Of a stretch of 50,374 nucleotides of DNA, positions 39,022 to 48,201 are shown one piece after another. The translations under genes were made by a program, and so were the position numbers. The stretch is from Candidatus Bathyarchaeota archaeon (GTDB lineage Archaea; Thermoproteota; Bathyarchaeia; Bathyarchaeales; SOJC01): contig SOJC01000077.1 of assembly GCA_004376645.1 (NCBI GenBank), positions 1-50,374 of the forward strand, written 5' to 3'. The notes beneath the pieces were generated by a model, which worked only from the letters and a program-made list of their open reading frames with translations, was not told the DNA's origin and ran no database searches. Numbering within the stretch: the first letter of the stretch is position 1; the number at the start of each line of letters is the position of its first letter.

Positions 39022-40191
39022 CTATGTCGAGGTTTCAGGTTCAGTTAAGACACCACCATAGTTTTCTACACGACCAAGAATTGTGCCTACAAAATCAGAA
39101 ACAGCTTCAAAAGTCAGCTTGACTCGATCTTCTTCATATTTCACTTTCTTCACGTGGGCATGGCTGAAGATCCATGAAACGAAGGAGAGAGTTTCGTCGT
39201 TAATCGGAAGAGTGATCGTTGCCTGGATTTGGCTCTTAAGAAGTTTTGAGAGTTGCTGTTTCAGAGTATCAATGTTAATGTTTTCAAGAGCTGAAATCGA
39301 AACAACATCAGAGGTGATACTGCTCATGGCTTCCATTCTTTGTCGAACTTCCAGTTCCGAGAGCAAATCGATCTTGTTAAGCGCAATTACTAGAGGTATT
39401 TCGTAGGCTCCTATCTTTTCGATTGTATCAAGGCAGACTGATAATTTCCTTTCAATGGTTTGAAGTGACTCATTTGCATCCACAATGAGGAGAATTAAAT
39501 CGGCGAAAGTTGTTTCCTCAAGCGTTGAGCGGAAAGCATCTACTAGGTCTACAGAAAGCCTTTCAATGAATCCGACAGTATCTGTTAGAAGAACTCGCTT
39601 TCCAGATAACTCAATAAGCCGCGTCGTTGTAGACAATGTTGTAAACAGTCCTTCGCCAGTTGGGACTGCCTCTTCGACAAGAAGGTTGAAGAGCGTACTT
39701 TTTCCAGCATATGTATATCCCGCCAACGCAATGGATAAAAACCCGAGTTCTTTTCTTCGCTTTCTATGTAGACTTCTCTTCTTCTTGATCTTTTTCAGCT
39801 TCTCTCTGATTGAGTTGATCTGTCTCTTCACTGCCTCATAGTAGATGTCTACTTCATACGCACCTAACCCCATAAAGCCTGGTTGCTCTCCCAGCCTTGC
39901 AAGGCGAACTTTCTCCTTAGCATGCGTTAATTCATAGCGGAGCCTAGCAAGTTGTATTTGAAGTTTAGCTTCAGTTGTTGATGCTCTGTGAGCAAAGACC
40001 TCGAGTATCAACTGAAACCTATCTATTGCCTCTACGCCAGTTTTTTTGGCGATATTATAAACTTGAACGGGTTTGAGTTTGTTGTCAAAGATTAGCTTTC
40101 TCACTTTGTGCTCTTTCACTAATTTCACGATTTCTTCAAGCTTGTCTCTCCCCACTGAAAATCGTGAATCTAACTTCCGCGATTGCTCCAC
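39022..40191 (-). CDS. hflX: GTPase HflX (minimal ORF; the true N-terminus probably extends to about 40296)
   Basis: HflX N-domain and coiled-coil (EAKLQIQLARLRYEL) and G domain (GYTYAGKSTLFN, DTVGFI, NKID). In-frame conserved sequence continues upstream of the GTG at 40191; see the finding covering 40192..40323. Confidence 0.9.
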   Translation of the reverse strand: MEQSRKLDSRFSVGRDKLEEIVKLVKEHKVRKLIFDNKLKPVQVYNIAKKTGVEAIDRFQLILEVFAHRASTTEAKLQIQLARLRYELTHAKEKVRLARLGEQPGFMGLGAYEVDIYYEAVKRQINSIREKLKKIKKKRSLHRKRRKELGFLSIALAGYTYAGKSTLFNLLVEEAVPTGEGLFTTLSTTTRLIELSGKRVLLTDTVGFIERLSVDLVDAFRSTLEETTFADLILLIVDANESLQTIERKLSVCLDTIEKIGAYEIPLVIALNKIDLLSELEVRQRMEAMSSITSDVVSISALENINIDTLKQQLSKLLKSQIQATITLPINDETLSFVSWIFSHAHVKKVKYEEDRVKLTFEAVSDFVGTILGRVENYGGVLTEPETST

Positions 40192-40310
40192 TGCTGCGAC
40201 TATGGTGTAACCAGCTGCATCTGTCAGGCTTTCAAACTCTTTAAGATTCCTAAATTTCTTTCTCGGATGCTGCTGAACAATTATTGCATTTGTAATTCTC
40301 TTTCCTCCGA

Positions 40311-40826
40311 TTATCGTTCCTTATTTTTAACTAGGTCACCGAGGGTGACAGCTTTTGATTGAGAAGGGGCTAATAGGTTCTTAGGTACATTGTCTTTAGA
40401 AATGGGGACAAGGAGCTTGATCTTCAGTGCATATTCGAGTTTCTTGGCAAGTTTGTGGTTGGGAGCCATCTTGTGGCCTTCCAATTTTTTGAGTTGTGAT
40501 ATTTTTTCGTTTATTTTTCTTCCCAAGTCTTCATGGCTCAATCCTCTCGATTCTCTCGCTTGACGTATGCGGGTGCCGAAATCCTTAACTAATTCCAAGG
40601 CGGGTTCCAAAGGAGACTGGCGTTTCGTTGCAGTCTTTGGTTTGTTTCTCAAAGACTTCTTTGGCTTAGAACTTAATCTGAAACGCTCATTGGTTTTTAT
40701 TTCCCAGCTCATAGAGCCGAGCAGGGCACAGTCGTTACATACGACAAGTCGCGCCCCCTCGATTATTGCTTTGTAAGGCTTTCCCATTATGTATCGACCA
40801 CAGACTTCGCACTGCAATTGTGTCAC
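40311..40826 (-). CDS. mbf1: Archaeal multiprotein bridging factor 1 (aMBF1)
   Basis: N-terminal zinc ribbon (CEVCG...CNDC) plus a C-terminal Cro/C1 HTH (IRQARESRGLSHEDLGRKINEKISQLKKLE). Confidence 0.85.
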   Translation of the reverse strand: MTQLQCEVCGRYIMGKPYKAIIEGARLVVCNDCALLGSMSWEIKTNERFRLSSKPKKSLRNKPKTATKRQSPLEPALELVKDFGTRIRQARESRGLSHEDLGRKINEKISQLKKLEGHKMAPNHKLAKKLEYALKIKLLVPISKDNVPKNLLAPSQSKAVTLGDLVKNKER

Positions 40827-40891
40827 CTAACCAAACTGTTTTACCATAGCTCCGATTCTTTATATTTATCGCGTAAGTTAATGATGCCATA

Positions 40892-41377
40892 ATGTTTATG
40901 AGTTCTTTGTGGAGAATCCGTTCGATTGCTGACTATCAGTTTGGTGAGGGAGCTGGAAAAACGCTTTTTCCTGACGGGGTATGTGTCTTCTACTCTCGCA
41001 GAACTGGAAGAATAAGACATGTTTTTTTCAAGCGTAGACTCATCGCTACCTTGCGTCCCACTGATGGTTTTTTCTCTTTGACAGTAGAAGGTGGAGGTCA
41101 CCTCATGTTGATTGACCCTAATCGGCTGTGGGTGGAAGTACAAGATGACGTAACTGACTTCATTTCTATGGGAAGAACAGTTTTTGCCAAGCACGTTATC
41201 AGATGTGACGTGGAAATCAGGCCTGAAGAAGAGGTTGTTGTAGTGGATAGTCAACGTAGGGTTGTAGCTGTTGGAAGGGCGATTCTATCTGGAGAGGAGA
41301 TGTTGGTTTTCCAGCGTGGTATTGCTGTTCGGATCAGGCGGGGCGTGGCAGAGAGCGGCAGTAAGAGTGAAAGTTAA
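40892..41377 (+). CDS. PUA domain-containing protein (pre-PUA plus PUA, ArcTGT-C-terminal-like)
   Basis: 161 aa. IRSIADYQFGEGAGKTLFP... forms the N-domain and the C-terminal PUA pattern is V..D.RPEEEVVVVDSQRRVVAVGRA..SGEEM....GIAV. Confidence 0.7.
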   Translation: MFMSSLWRIRSIADYQFGEGAGKTLFPDGVCVFYSRRTGRIRHVFFKRRLIATLRPTDGFFSLTVEGGGHLMLIDPNRLWVEVQDDVTDFISMGRTVFAKHVIRCDVEIRPEEEVVVVDSQRRVVAVGRAILSGEEMLVFQRGIAVRIRRGVAESGSKSES

Positions 41378-41418
41378 GAAGGAGTAGCAAGAAAGATAGT
41401 AGCTGAAGGGAAGCAGAT

Positions 41419-41775
41419 TTGCGCAAGGGAATGAGTCAACGAGAAACTAAGCGGATCATGAAGCGTATGGGTTTGAGTATGGATGTAATGTCTGATGTTG
41501 AGGAGGTTGTTTTCAAGATGGGCTCGAAGGAAATGATTATTGAGGATCCAGAGGTGGCGATATTGAATCTTAAGGGTCAGAAGGTGTTCCAAGTTACTGG
41601 AGGAAAAATTACTGAAAGAGCTTTGGTTAGTGAAAAGAAGATTGTGACAATTCCTGCAGAGGATGTAAGACTCGTAGCTGATCAAACTGGAAGAGGTGTC
41701 GAAGAGGCGAGGCGTGCATTGGAGGAAAGCGGGGGAGACTTGGCTAAAGCTATTCTTCTTCTTCAGGTAAAATAG
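41419..41775 (+). CDS. nac: Nascent polypeptide-associated complex protein (aNAC)
   Basis: NAC domain (VEEVVFKMGSKEMIIEDPEVAILNLKGQKVFQVTG) plus a C-terminal UBA domain (EDVRLVADQTGRGVEEARRALEESGGDLAKAILLL). Confidence 0.9.
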   Translation: MRKGMSQRETKRIMKRMGLSMDVMSDVEEVVFKMGSKEMIIEDPEVAILNLKGQKVFQVTGGKITERALVSEKKIVTIPAEDVRLVADQTGRGVEEARRALEESGGDLAKAILLLQVK

Positions 41776-41776
41776 A

Positions 41777-42241
41777 TTAGAACTGGTTTAAAACGTCCTG
41801 CTTCTCCATTATGTAGTTGCAGTAGTGACATCTTATTACCAAAGGTTCTCTGGATTTTACATAGAATTTTGATTGCACTGGTTCGTTGCTATTGGATATG
41901 CACGCTGGGTTACCGCACTTCACTGTTCCGCGGATGATGTCCGGTAGTTTCACTCGTTTCTTGTCAGCAACTTGGTATCCGCGGATTATGTTTATTGAAG
42001 CGTGGGGGGCCAAGAGTGCTATTTTGTCGACCTCTTCTTGTTCCAACTCTCTTCCCTCAACCTTTACGATGTCTTTGGTACCTAGCCCTTTGCTGGGAAC
42101 ATGCAGGGCAATCAATACTATTCCATTCGTCCGCCCAGTTATACCTAAGATTTTAACAACGTCCAAGGCATGCCCGCCCGTAATATGGTCGATTACTGTT
42201 CCATCCTTGATCTTTGAGACAAGTAGAGTTCTAGTGGCCAT
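41777..42241 (-). CDS. pyrI: Aspartate carbamoyltransferase regulatory subunit
   Basis: LLVSKIKDGTVIDHI and the C-terminal zinc domain C.NP.CISN...C.YC. Length is 154 aa. Confidence 0.9.
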   Translation of the reverse strand: MATRTLLVSKIKDGTVIDHITGGHALDVVKILGITGRTNGIVLIALHVPSKGLGTKDIVKVEGRELEQEEVDKIALLAPHASINIIRGYQVADKKRVKLPDIIRGTVKCGNPACISNSNEPVQSKFYVKSREPLVIRCHYCNYIMEKQDVLNQF

Positions 42242-42260
42242 TCAGTGATTCGCCTCTTAG

Positions 42261-43286
<1,026 letters not shown>

Positions 43287-43335
43287 TCTGCGGTTTTCAA
43301 ATGGGTCGTGTCATCGCTACTTAGGAGGATATTTT

Positions 43336-45432
43336 CTATACTGCGTATCTATGTCTATCTTTGAATTCTTGTAACTTTCCAGCGTTCCATCCTCTTATCT
43401 GCTGATAGTATCCTGTGATCCTCGACCAGTACTCTAAGTCGTCGCCCTCTGCTCCGCAACGATTGCACCGAGTCTGTAGATTGCCTTCTACACTATTACA
43501 CTTTCTGCAAATAGTCATGTCTTTTGTCAAGGCGAAATAGGCTGCCAGCGACTGGGTTGCGATACGCTTGATCAACGCCCAAACAGCTTCCGCTGATGGG
43601 TTGTTTTCACCGAGCCAGATATGCATTATAGCGCCTCCTTTTGTTAAGGGGTGGAAACTCGCCTCAACGTTGATTCGGTCTAGCAACGGAATTCCTGCAG
43701 ATGGGCGTACGTGGGAGCTATTGGTGTAGTAGATGCCCCCATTGCCAATGTCTCCTTGAACTATCGCCTTTTCTCCAAAGGCCCTTTGGTCTATGAGGGC
43801 TAATCTGTGGGCACAACTCTCTGCAGGCGTTTGAATGCATCCGAAGCGGTAGCCTGTTTTCTCTGCGTAAGCATTCACTCTATCAACCATGTGTCTAATG
43901 ACTCGCAATCCAAAACTCCAAGTATTGGAGTCTTCATGGAGCTCCTTACCCACGTGAGCCTTCAATAACTCATTCAAGCCTACAAATCCTATATTCAAAA
44001 CTTGTTTATCCAAGTTGAGATAGGGCTCGCCAAGGCAGTCCATGGTGCAGAATGGCAGTATGCCATTGTCCATCCTTTCTCTAATGACTTTTCGCTTGAT
44101 CAGGAGAACTTCCTTAGCAAGATCCATTTTTTCGTCCAGTTTCTCAAAGAGCATGTTGTCATCTCCCTTCGCTTCATAGGCTAGCCTAGGTAAATTGATC
44201 GTTATCACTTGCAGACTTCCCATTCGCATTGCGCCCTTGTGGAAGTCTTTTAGCTCATCGCTGTCAGGTGTGAAAATCAGCCTGCAACACTGACTGTTCA
44301 CAATATCGGGCATGTAGTCGGGGCAGAGGTTGAGGAAGTAGGGAGTTCCAAATTTAGCTGCTAAAGCAGCCACTTTGAGGTATTCATCTTCGAACTTGCC
44401 TAAATATTCCCGTCGTAGTTTCACTTCACATTTAGGGAAGTTGAACATTTTCCCTAAGTAGTCTCCGGCTAAGTAAACATCGAGTATGGCGTTGAAGAAG
44501 GCGTTAGCTTCTTCATAGTAGTCATGGTACGTCTCTGAGGTGGAGACTTTTCCTCCAGGGAGCACAACTGGGATGTCCCAGATGATCTTTGGCACAGCAC
44601 ATTCGAGTGCTATCGAGGAGAAAACGGTTTGACCGCCTCTTGCGACGTACATCTGCGACATTTCGTAAATGAACATCTGAGCCAGTTGTTTCATTTGTTT
44701 ATAGGGCATGTTCCTTACGAATGGGGCTAGCCAAACATTGAAGAAGTCATAGCCTTGTCCGCCAGCCCAATTGGTTTGCGCTGCTGCCAGAGCCTTTGCA
44801 GCGTGGAGAATTGCCACTTCTGGATGCTTTGCAGGACCTGCTACAGCTGTGTGCAAGCCTTGCCCATCGACGATTAATCCCTTCCTCAGGAAGAAACGTA
44901 GATCATGTTCTTGACAGAACGGTCTGATTGCAAAGTATTCGAGATCATGAATATGGATGGCCCCTGAGATGTGGGCATCTGCCAAGTTGGACGGCAGGCA
45001 GTTTAGAAGCGAATATTGATCGAAAATCGTGTCAGCAGCGAGTTTATGTATAGTTTCCGGATTGTGCTGAAGGTTGGCGTTTTCTTTGTCACCAACTTTG
45101 ATGAGTCGGGCTACATCATATAGTGGCAAACCAAGCCTAGTGTACTTTGCTCTTGCATCCTCCAAATTGTTTTCTAGCAAGGCTACACATACAAATTCAC
45201 GAATCAGTGGTGCAGATAAAAAGTTAAGATCTAGTTTCTCTAAGTGACCTGCTGTGTCGCGCGCTATCTTGTCTGCAACTTCAGATGAGAGTTCAGTTTC
45301 CTCAAGCAGAGAGTTTTTGATTCTTTCAACGCTAAAGTCATCAAACATTATTCTTGACGTTCTAACATGTGGAAAGTACTTGAATGAATCGACAACATAT
45401 TCTTGTTTGCTCATGGAAAATCCTCGCGGCAC
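43336..45432 (-). CDS. nrdD: Anaerobic ribonucleoside-triphosphate reductase (class III RNR)
   Basis: HIHDLEY..RPFC, NSQCCRL, VITINLPRLA and a C-terminal zinc ribbon (CRKC...CNRCG). The glycyl-radical motif SRITGYY....WNAGK..EFKDR follows. Confidence 0.9.
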   Translation of the reverse strand: MPRGFSMSKQEYVVDSFKYFPHVRTSRIMFDDFSVERIKNSLLEETELSSEVADKIARDTAGHLEKLDLNFLSAPLIREFVCVALLENNLEDARAKYTRLGLPLYDVARLIKVGDKENANLQHNPETIHKLAADTIFDQYSLLNCLPSNLADAHISGAIHIHDLEYFAIRPFCQEHDLRFFLRKGLIVDGQGLHTAVAGPAKHPEVAILHAAKALAAAQTNWAGGQGYDFFNVWLAPFVRNMPYKQMKQLAQMFIYEMSQMYVARGGQTVFSSIALECAVPKIIWDIPVVLPGGKVSTSETYHDYYEEANAFFNAILDVYLAGDYLGKMFNFPKCEVKLRREYLGKFEDEYLKVAALAAKFGTPYFLNLCPDYMPDIVNSQCCRLIFTPDSDELKDFHKGAMRMGSLQVITINLPRLAYEAKGDDNMLFEKLDEKMDLAKEVLLIKRKVIRERMDNGILPFCTMDCLGEPYLNLDKQVLNIGFVGLNELLKAHVGKELHEDSNTWSFGLRVIRHMVDRVNAYAEKTGYRFGCIQTPAESCAHRLALIDQRAFGEKAIVQGDIGNGGIYYTNSSHVRPSAGIPLLDRINVEASFHPLTKGGAIMHIWLGENNPSAEAVWALIKRIATQSLAAYFALTKDMTICRKCNSVEGNLQTRCNRCGAEGDDLEYWSRITGYYQQIRGWNAGKLQEFKDRHRYAV

Positions 45433-45671
45433 ACCACATTATCGCCACTTAACACTTAGAGTTTTCAACACATAATTAGTAGCAAAAACGATGATTTCAT
45501 GTGCTTCCATTATGGACTTCATTTACGAAAACATGTAAATTTTGCAGTTCTTGCACGTTACTTTAATTTTTTAGAATAATCCATATAAAATCTTGTAGTT
45601 GCACTATCAAAAATTGACACACCGAATGTTTGACAAAAAGTTGTATAAAGCATAGACTGAACTGTTCGAAG

Positions 45672-47672
45672 CTAGCAGAATTCCACTGAAAAAATATTAA
45701 TGGAGCTACAGTTGGGACACTTCAGATGGAGCCCTGAGAAGGTGTTCCCGCAATTGCGGCAACATATAGCAGAAGTATTGTATGCAAAAAAGCCGATATC
45801 ACTTGTCACAAGTTGTCTTGTTTTGGCTAAAAGGGCTTCTGCAGAAGTTGGCTGGTCTGGCAATTGTATCAGTGTCAAGTGTCCACCAAAGGTTAGTTGA
45901 TGTATTCGTTCCTCTAGCAAAAGTTGCTCCTTCTCACCTAATGAAACCCTATTTATGTCACTGTAATGCGGATGATCTTTGCTGCCATGAGTTCTAACCA
46001 CACCCCAGCCATACTTCTCCACATCAAGTTCTGCCAGCCTGTACGCCGCTGTCTTATTTGGAACAATAGCTGATGAAAGCCGGATTCGTGGTTTCTTTGA
46101 TTGTTTTTTGACATAAGCATGGATGTGTTTCAAAATCTTTTCAGTGAGAACGAAAGCTTTTCCATAATCCTCCGGCACATGTCCTTGAGCAACCATTAGT
46201 TCTTCAACAGCTTCGGGGAGGCCTATAGAAGCTATCGTTCGTGAGGCATTTTCTAGCCTAAAGTACTGATCATTGTTTGCCCTTTGGCTGAAGTACAACA
46301 GACGATTCTGTTCCATTCGCCTTTTGATTGCTTGGTATTTTATCTCCAGAGCTTGAGAAGCCATCTTTAGTTGATTGTCTAGAAGTTCAAGGAATTTGTC
46401 TTCATCTCCTTTTGACTCGAAAGAGAGTCTGGGCAGGTTGACAGTAACAACATCAAGATTCCCTGTTCGTTGAACATCCAATTCTTGATCTTGTAGCCAA
46501 TCATCCTTCATTCTTAATCCTGAGGCTGTGTAGGTGGTGTTCTTTTGCTCTTCAGAGCATAGGTTCGCAAAATACACAAGGACGCTTCTCGAAGCGAGTT
46601 CGTGGGCTTTATAGAGTAGAGTCTCTACCTCATCAGTTCCAAGAGATTGTCGCCTAATCTTTGCCACTATCTTTGGATTTCTTAATGGATACGATTCGTT
46701 CTCTTCCCTCAACACTTCTAGCAGGAGGAGGGCTAGATGATTGGCTTCTTCAGCATATCCATCCTCCGTAGAGAGTTCGAGAGTCAGTGTCGTAGGTTCT
46801 TCTCGATTAGTTTGACTCAGGTTTCTGATAAAAAGCCGTAGAAGCTCTCTGACCCTATTAGGAGAGAGGTCTTTTGTGAAGGGAGCAAGATATGTGTTGA
46901 AGTTCTCTAGGCTTTGATATCCTATGATATCATTTGCCGCGTTTCGGATAATATTGGTGGCGAGATTAAGAGCGGCCTCGAGTGTCTTTGGTTTGTGACT
47001 TCGCAGAAAGAAGGACAGATTGTGAATGATTTCGTTTGGCTTCAATATCCATGTGGCGAGGCTATTGAGGTGAAGACTACCTCCCAGATAGGCGTCCGAA
47101 ATTTCACGAGGCAGTATGTTAAGAAGTGTGTATTCTTCCATAACAGCATCTCCAGCAGCTTTCTGGATTGCTCCAATATTCTGTCCTGAAGTTTCGATAA
47201 GGCGGGAGACTTCGTGAACAGGAAGGCCTAATCTTGTGAGGTCATGGCGATAGTCTTCATAATGCTTCTCCAGCAAAATCGTGTTGACGATTTCTCGGAT
47301 GAGAGGGGCTGTTAGGTATTTGGTCTTAAACTGCTGCAAGCGTTTCTCTGTTTCCCGAGCTATCTTCTGAGCTAAGTCCGTAGGTACATTAGCTTCTATG
47401 ACTAAGGACTGTGTGATCCTGTTTCGATCGAATTCCTCTATTGAAAAATGGGAGGTGCGGACAAGCATCTTCCTGCGCTTATAGGTTTGATCTTCTATTT
47501 CATCAGTGAATTTAATTATGTATCGGCCAAGATCTGTGAGACGGTATTTCCTATTTTCCACATCAGGTTCAATCAAATCAGCCTTCAAAAGAAATTTGAG
47601 ATGGTATGCAAAGCGTCCAGCATCACGGGTAGAGTCAAGCTTTAGAGAAATCATCAGCTCGGAGTAGGACAA
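45672..47672 (-). CDS. NrdD-like paralog with N-terminal winged helix, lacking the radical-chemistry residues (putative pseudoenzyme/regulator); the open frame extends upstream to 47804
   Basis: It is collinear with the adjacent NrdD (shared blocks LTAPLIREIV, TRLGLPV.EVSRLI, VVTVNLPRLSFESKGDE). Three substitutions stand out: RPFC becomes KPNE, SQCCRL becomes TASGLR, and the protein stops right after the zinc ribbon with no RxxGY motif. The N-terminus carries an ArsR-like wHTH (IRIQILNLLQEKGSLSYSELMISL...GRFAYHLKFLLKADLIE...YRLTDLG). Confidence 0.8.
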   Translation of the reverse strand: MSYSELMISLKLDSTRDAGRFAYHLKFLLKADLIEPDVENRKYRLTDLGRYIIKFTDEIEDQTYKRRKMLVRTSHFSIEEFDRNRITQSLVIEANVPTDLAQKIARETEKRLQQFKTKYLTAPLIREIVNTILLEKHYEDYRHDLTRLGLPVHEVSRLIETSGQNIGAIQKAAGDAVMEEYTLLNILPREISDAYLGGSLHLNSLATWILKPNEIIHNLSFFLRSHKPKTLEAALNLATNIIRNAANDIIGYQSLENFNTYLAPFTKDLSPNRVRELLRLFIRNLSQTNREEPTTLTLELSTEDGYAEEANHLALLLLEVLREENESYPLRNPKIVAKIRRQSLGTDEVETLLYKAHELASRSVLVYFANLCSEEQKNTTYTASGLRMKDDWLQDQELDVQRTGNLDVVTVNLPRLSFESKGDEDKFLELLDNQLKMASQALEIKYQAIKRRMEQNRLLYFSQRANNDQYFRLENASRTIASIGLPEAVEELMVAQGHVPEDYGKAFVLTEKILKHIHAYVKKQSKKPRIRLSSAIVPNKTAAYRLAELDVEKYGWGVVRTHGSKDHPHYSDINRVSLGEKEQLLLEERIHQLTFGGHLTLIQLPDQPTSAEALLAKTRQLVTSDIGFFAYNTSAICCRNCGNTFSGLHLKCPNCSSINIFSVEFC

Positions 47673-47952
47673 GGACCCTTTCTCTTGAAGCAGGTTAAGG
47701 ATTTGGATACGTATGGAGGCCGAGATAGCCTTTAGTACTCGGATACCAGCTTTGTGGATACGTTGAATTCGCGGGCTAGGCAGAGTGAAACACCTTTTGA
47801 GCGACTATCTCTTTCGAGTCCTTTAGGTTTAAAGGTTAGGGAAGAATGATACTGACAATAGAACGGCAAGGACAATTCTGTTAACAGATTCTTGGCTTAG
47901 TTCACCATTTATAGTGAACTACCTCAGCTTTGCCTGAGCAGGACTGACAATG

Positions 47953-47959
47953 TTTAAAT
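47953..47959 (+). promoter_or_regulatory. TATA-box candidate for tRNA-Leu
   Basis: TTTAAAT ends 28 nt upstream of the mature tRNA 5' end at 47987. Confidence 0.35.
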
Positions 47960-47986
47960 CACAATTGAGGTATTTTGAGCAGATGG

Positions 47987-48086
47987 GCGGCGGTAGCCAA
48001 GCCAGGTCAAAAAGTATATGGCTAAAGGCGAAGGACTCAAGATCCTTTCCCGTAGGGGTTCGCTGGTTCGAATCCGGCCCGCCGCA
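47987..48086 (+). tRNA. tRNA-Leu (anticodon CAA) with an ~15-nt D-loop insertion (putative non-canonical intron)
   Basis: Manual fold: acceptor GCGGCGG/CCGCCGC, anticodon stem AAGGA/TCCTT with loop CTCAAGA, long variable arm TCCCGTAGGGGTTC, T arm GCTGG-TTCGAAT-CCGGC, discriminator A, no encoded CCA. The D region reads GCC-AAGCCAGGTCAAAAAGTATATGGCTAAA-GGC, against the canonical GCC-(G/A)AGCC(T/A)GGTCAAA-GGC. Confidence 0.85.
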
Positions 48087-48201
48087 TCATCTTTCTAGTT
48101 ATTCAAAGCAAATCCTGAGAAATCAGAAATGCAGTTGTTCCTCAAAGGATTCAAGGGTGTGTTATTGCCGTTTGTGAGAATTGGTTCTAGAAGAAGACAT
48201 G

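Noticed and set aside
40841-41254. 137-aa minus-strand ORF; also 41374..41685 (103 aa)
   Set aside because: These are antisense to the PUA-domain gene and the NAC gene respectively. Both sense genes carry clear family signatures.
47950-48177. 75-aa ORF
   Set aside because: It overlaps the tRNA-Leu gene. The tRNA fold is far better supported.
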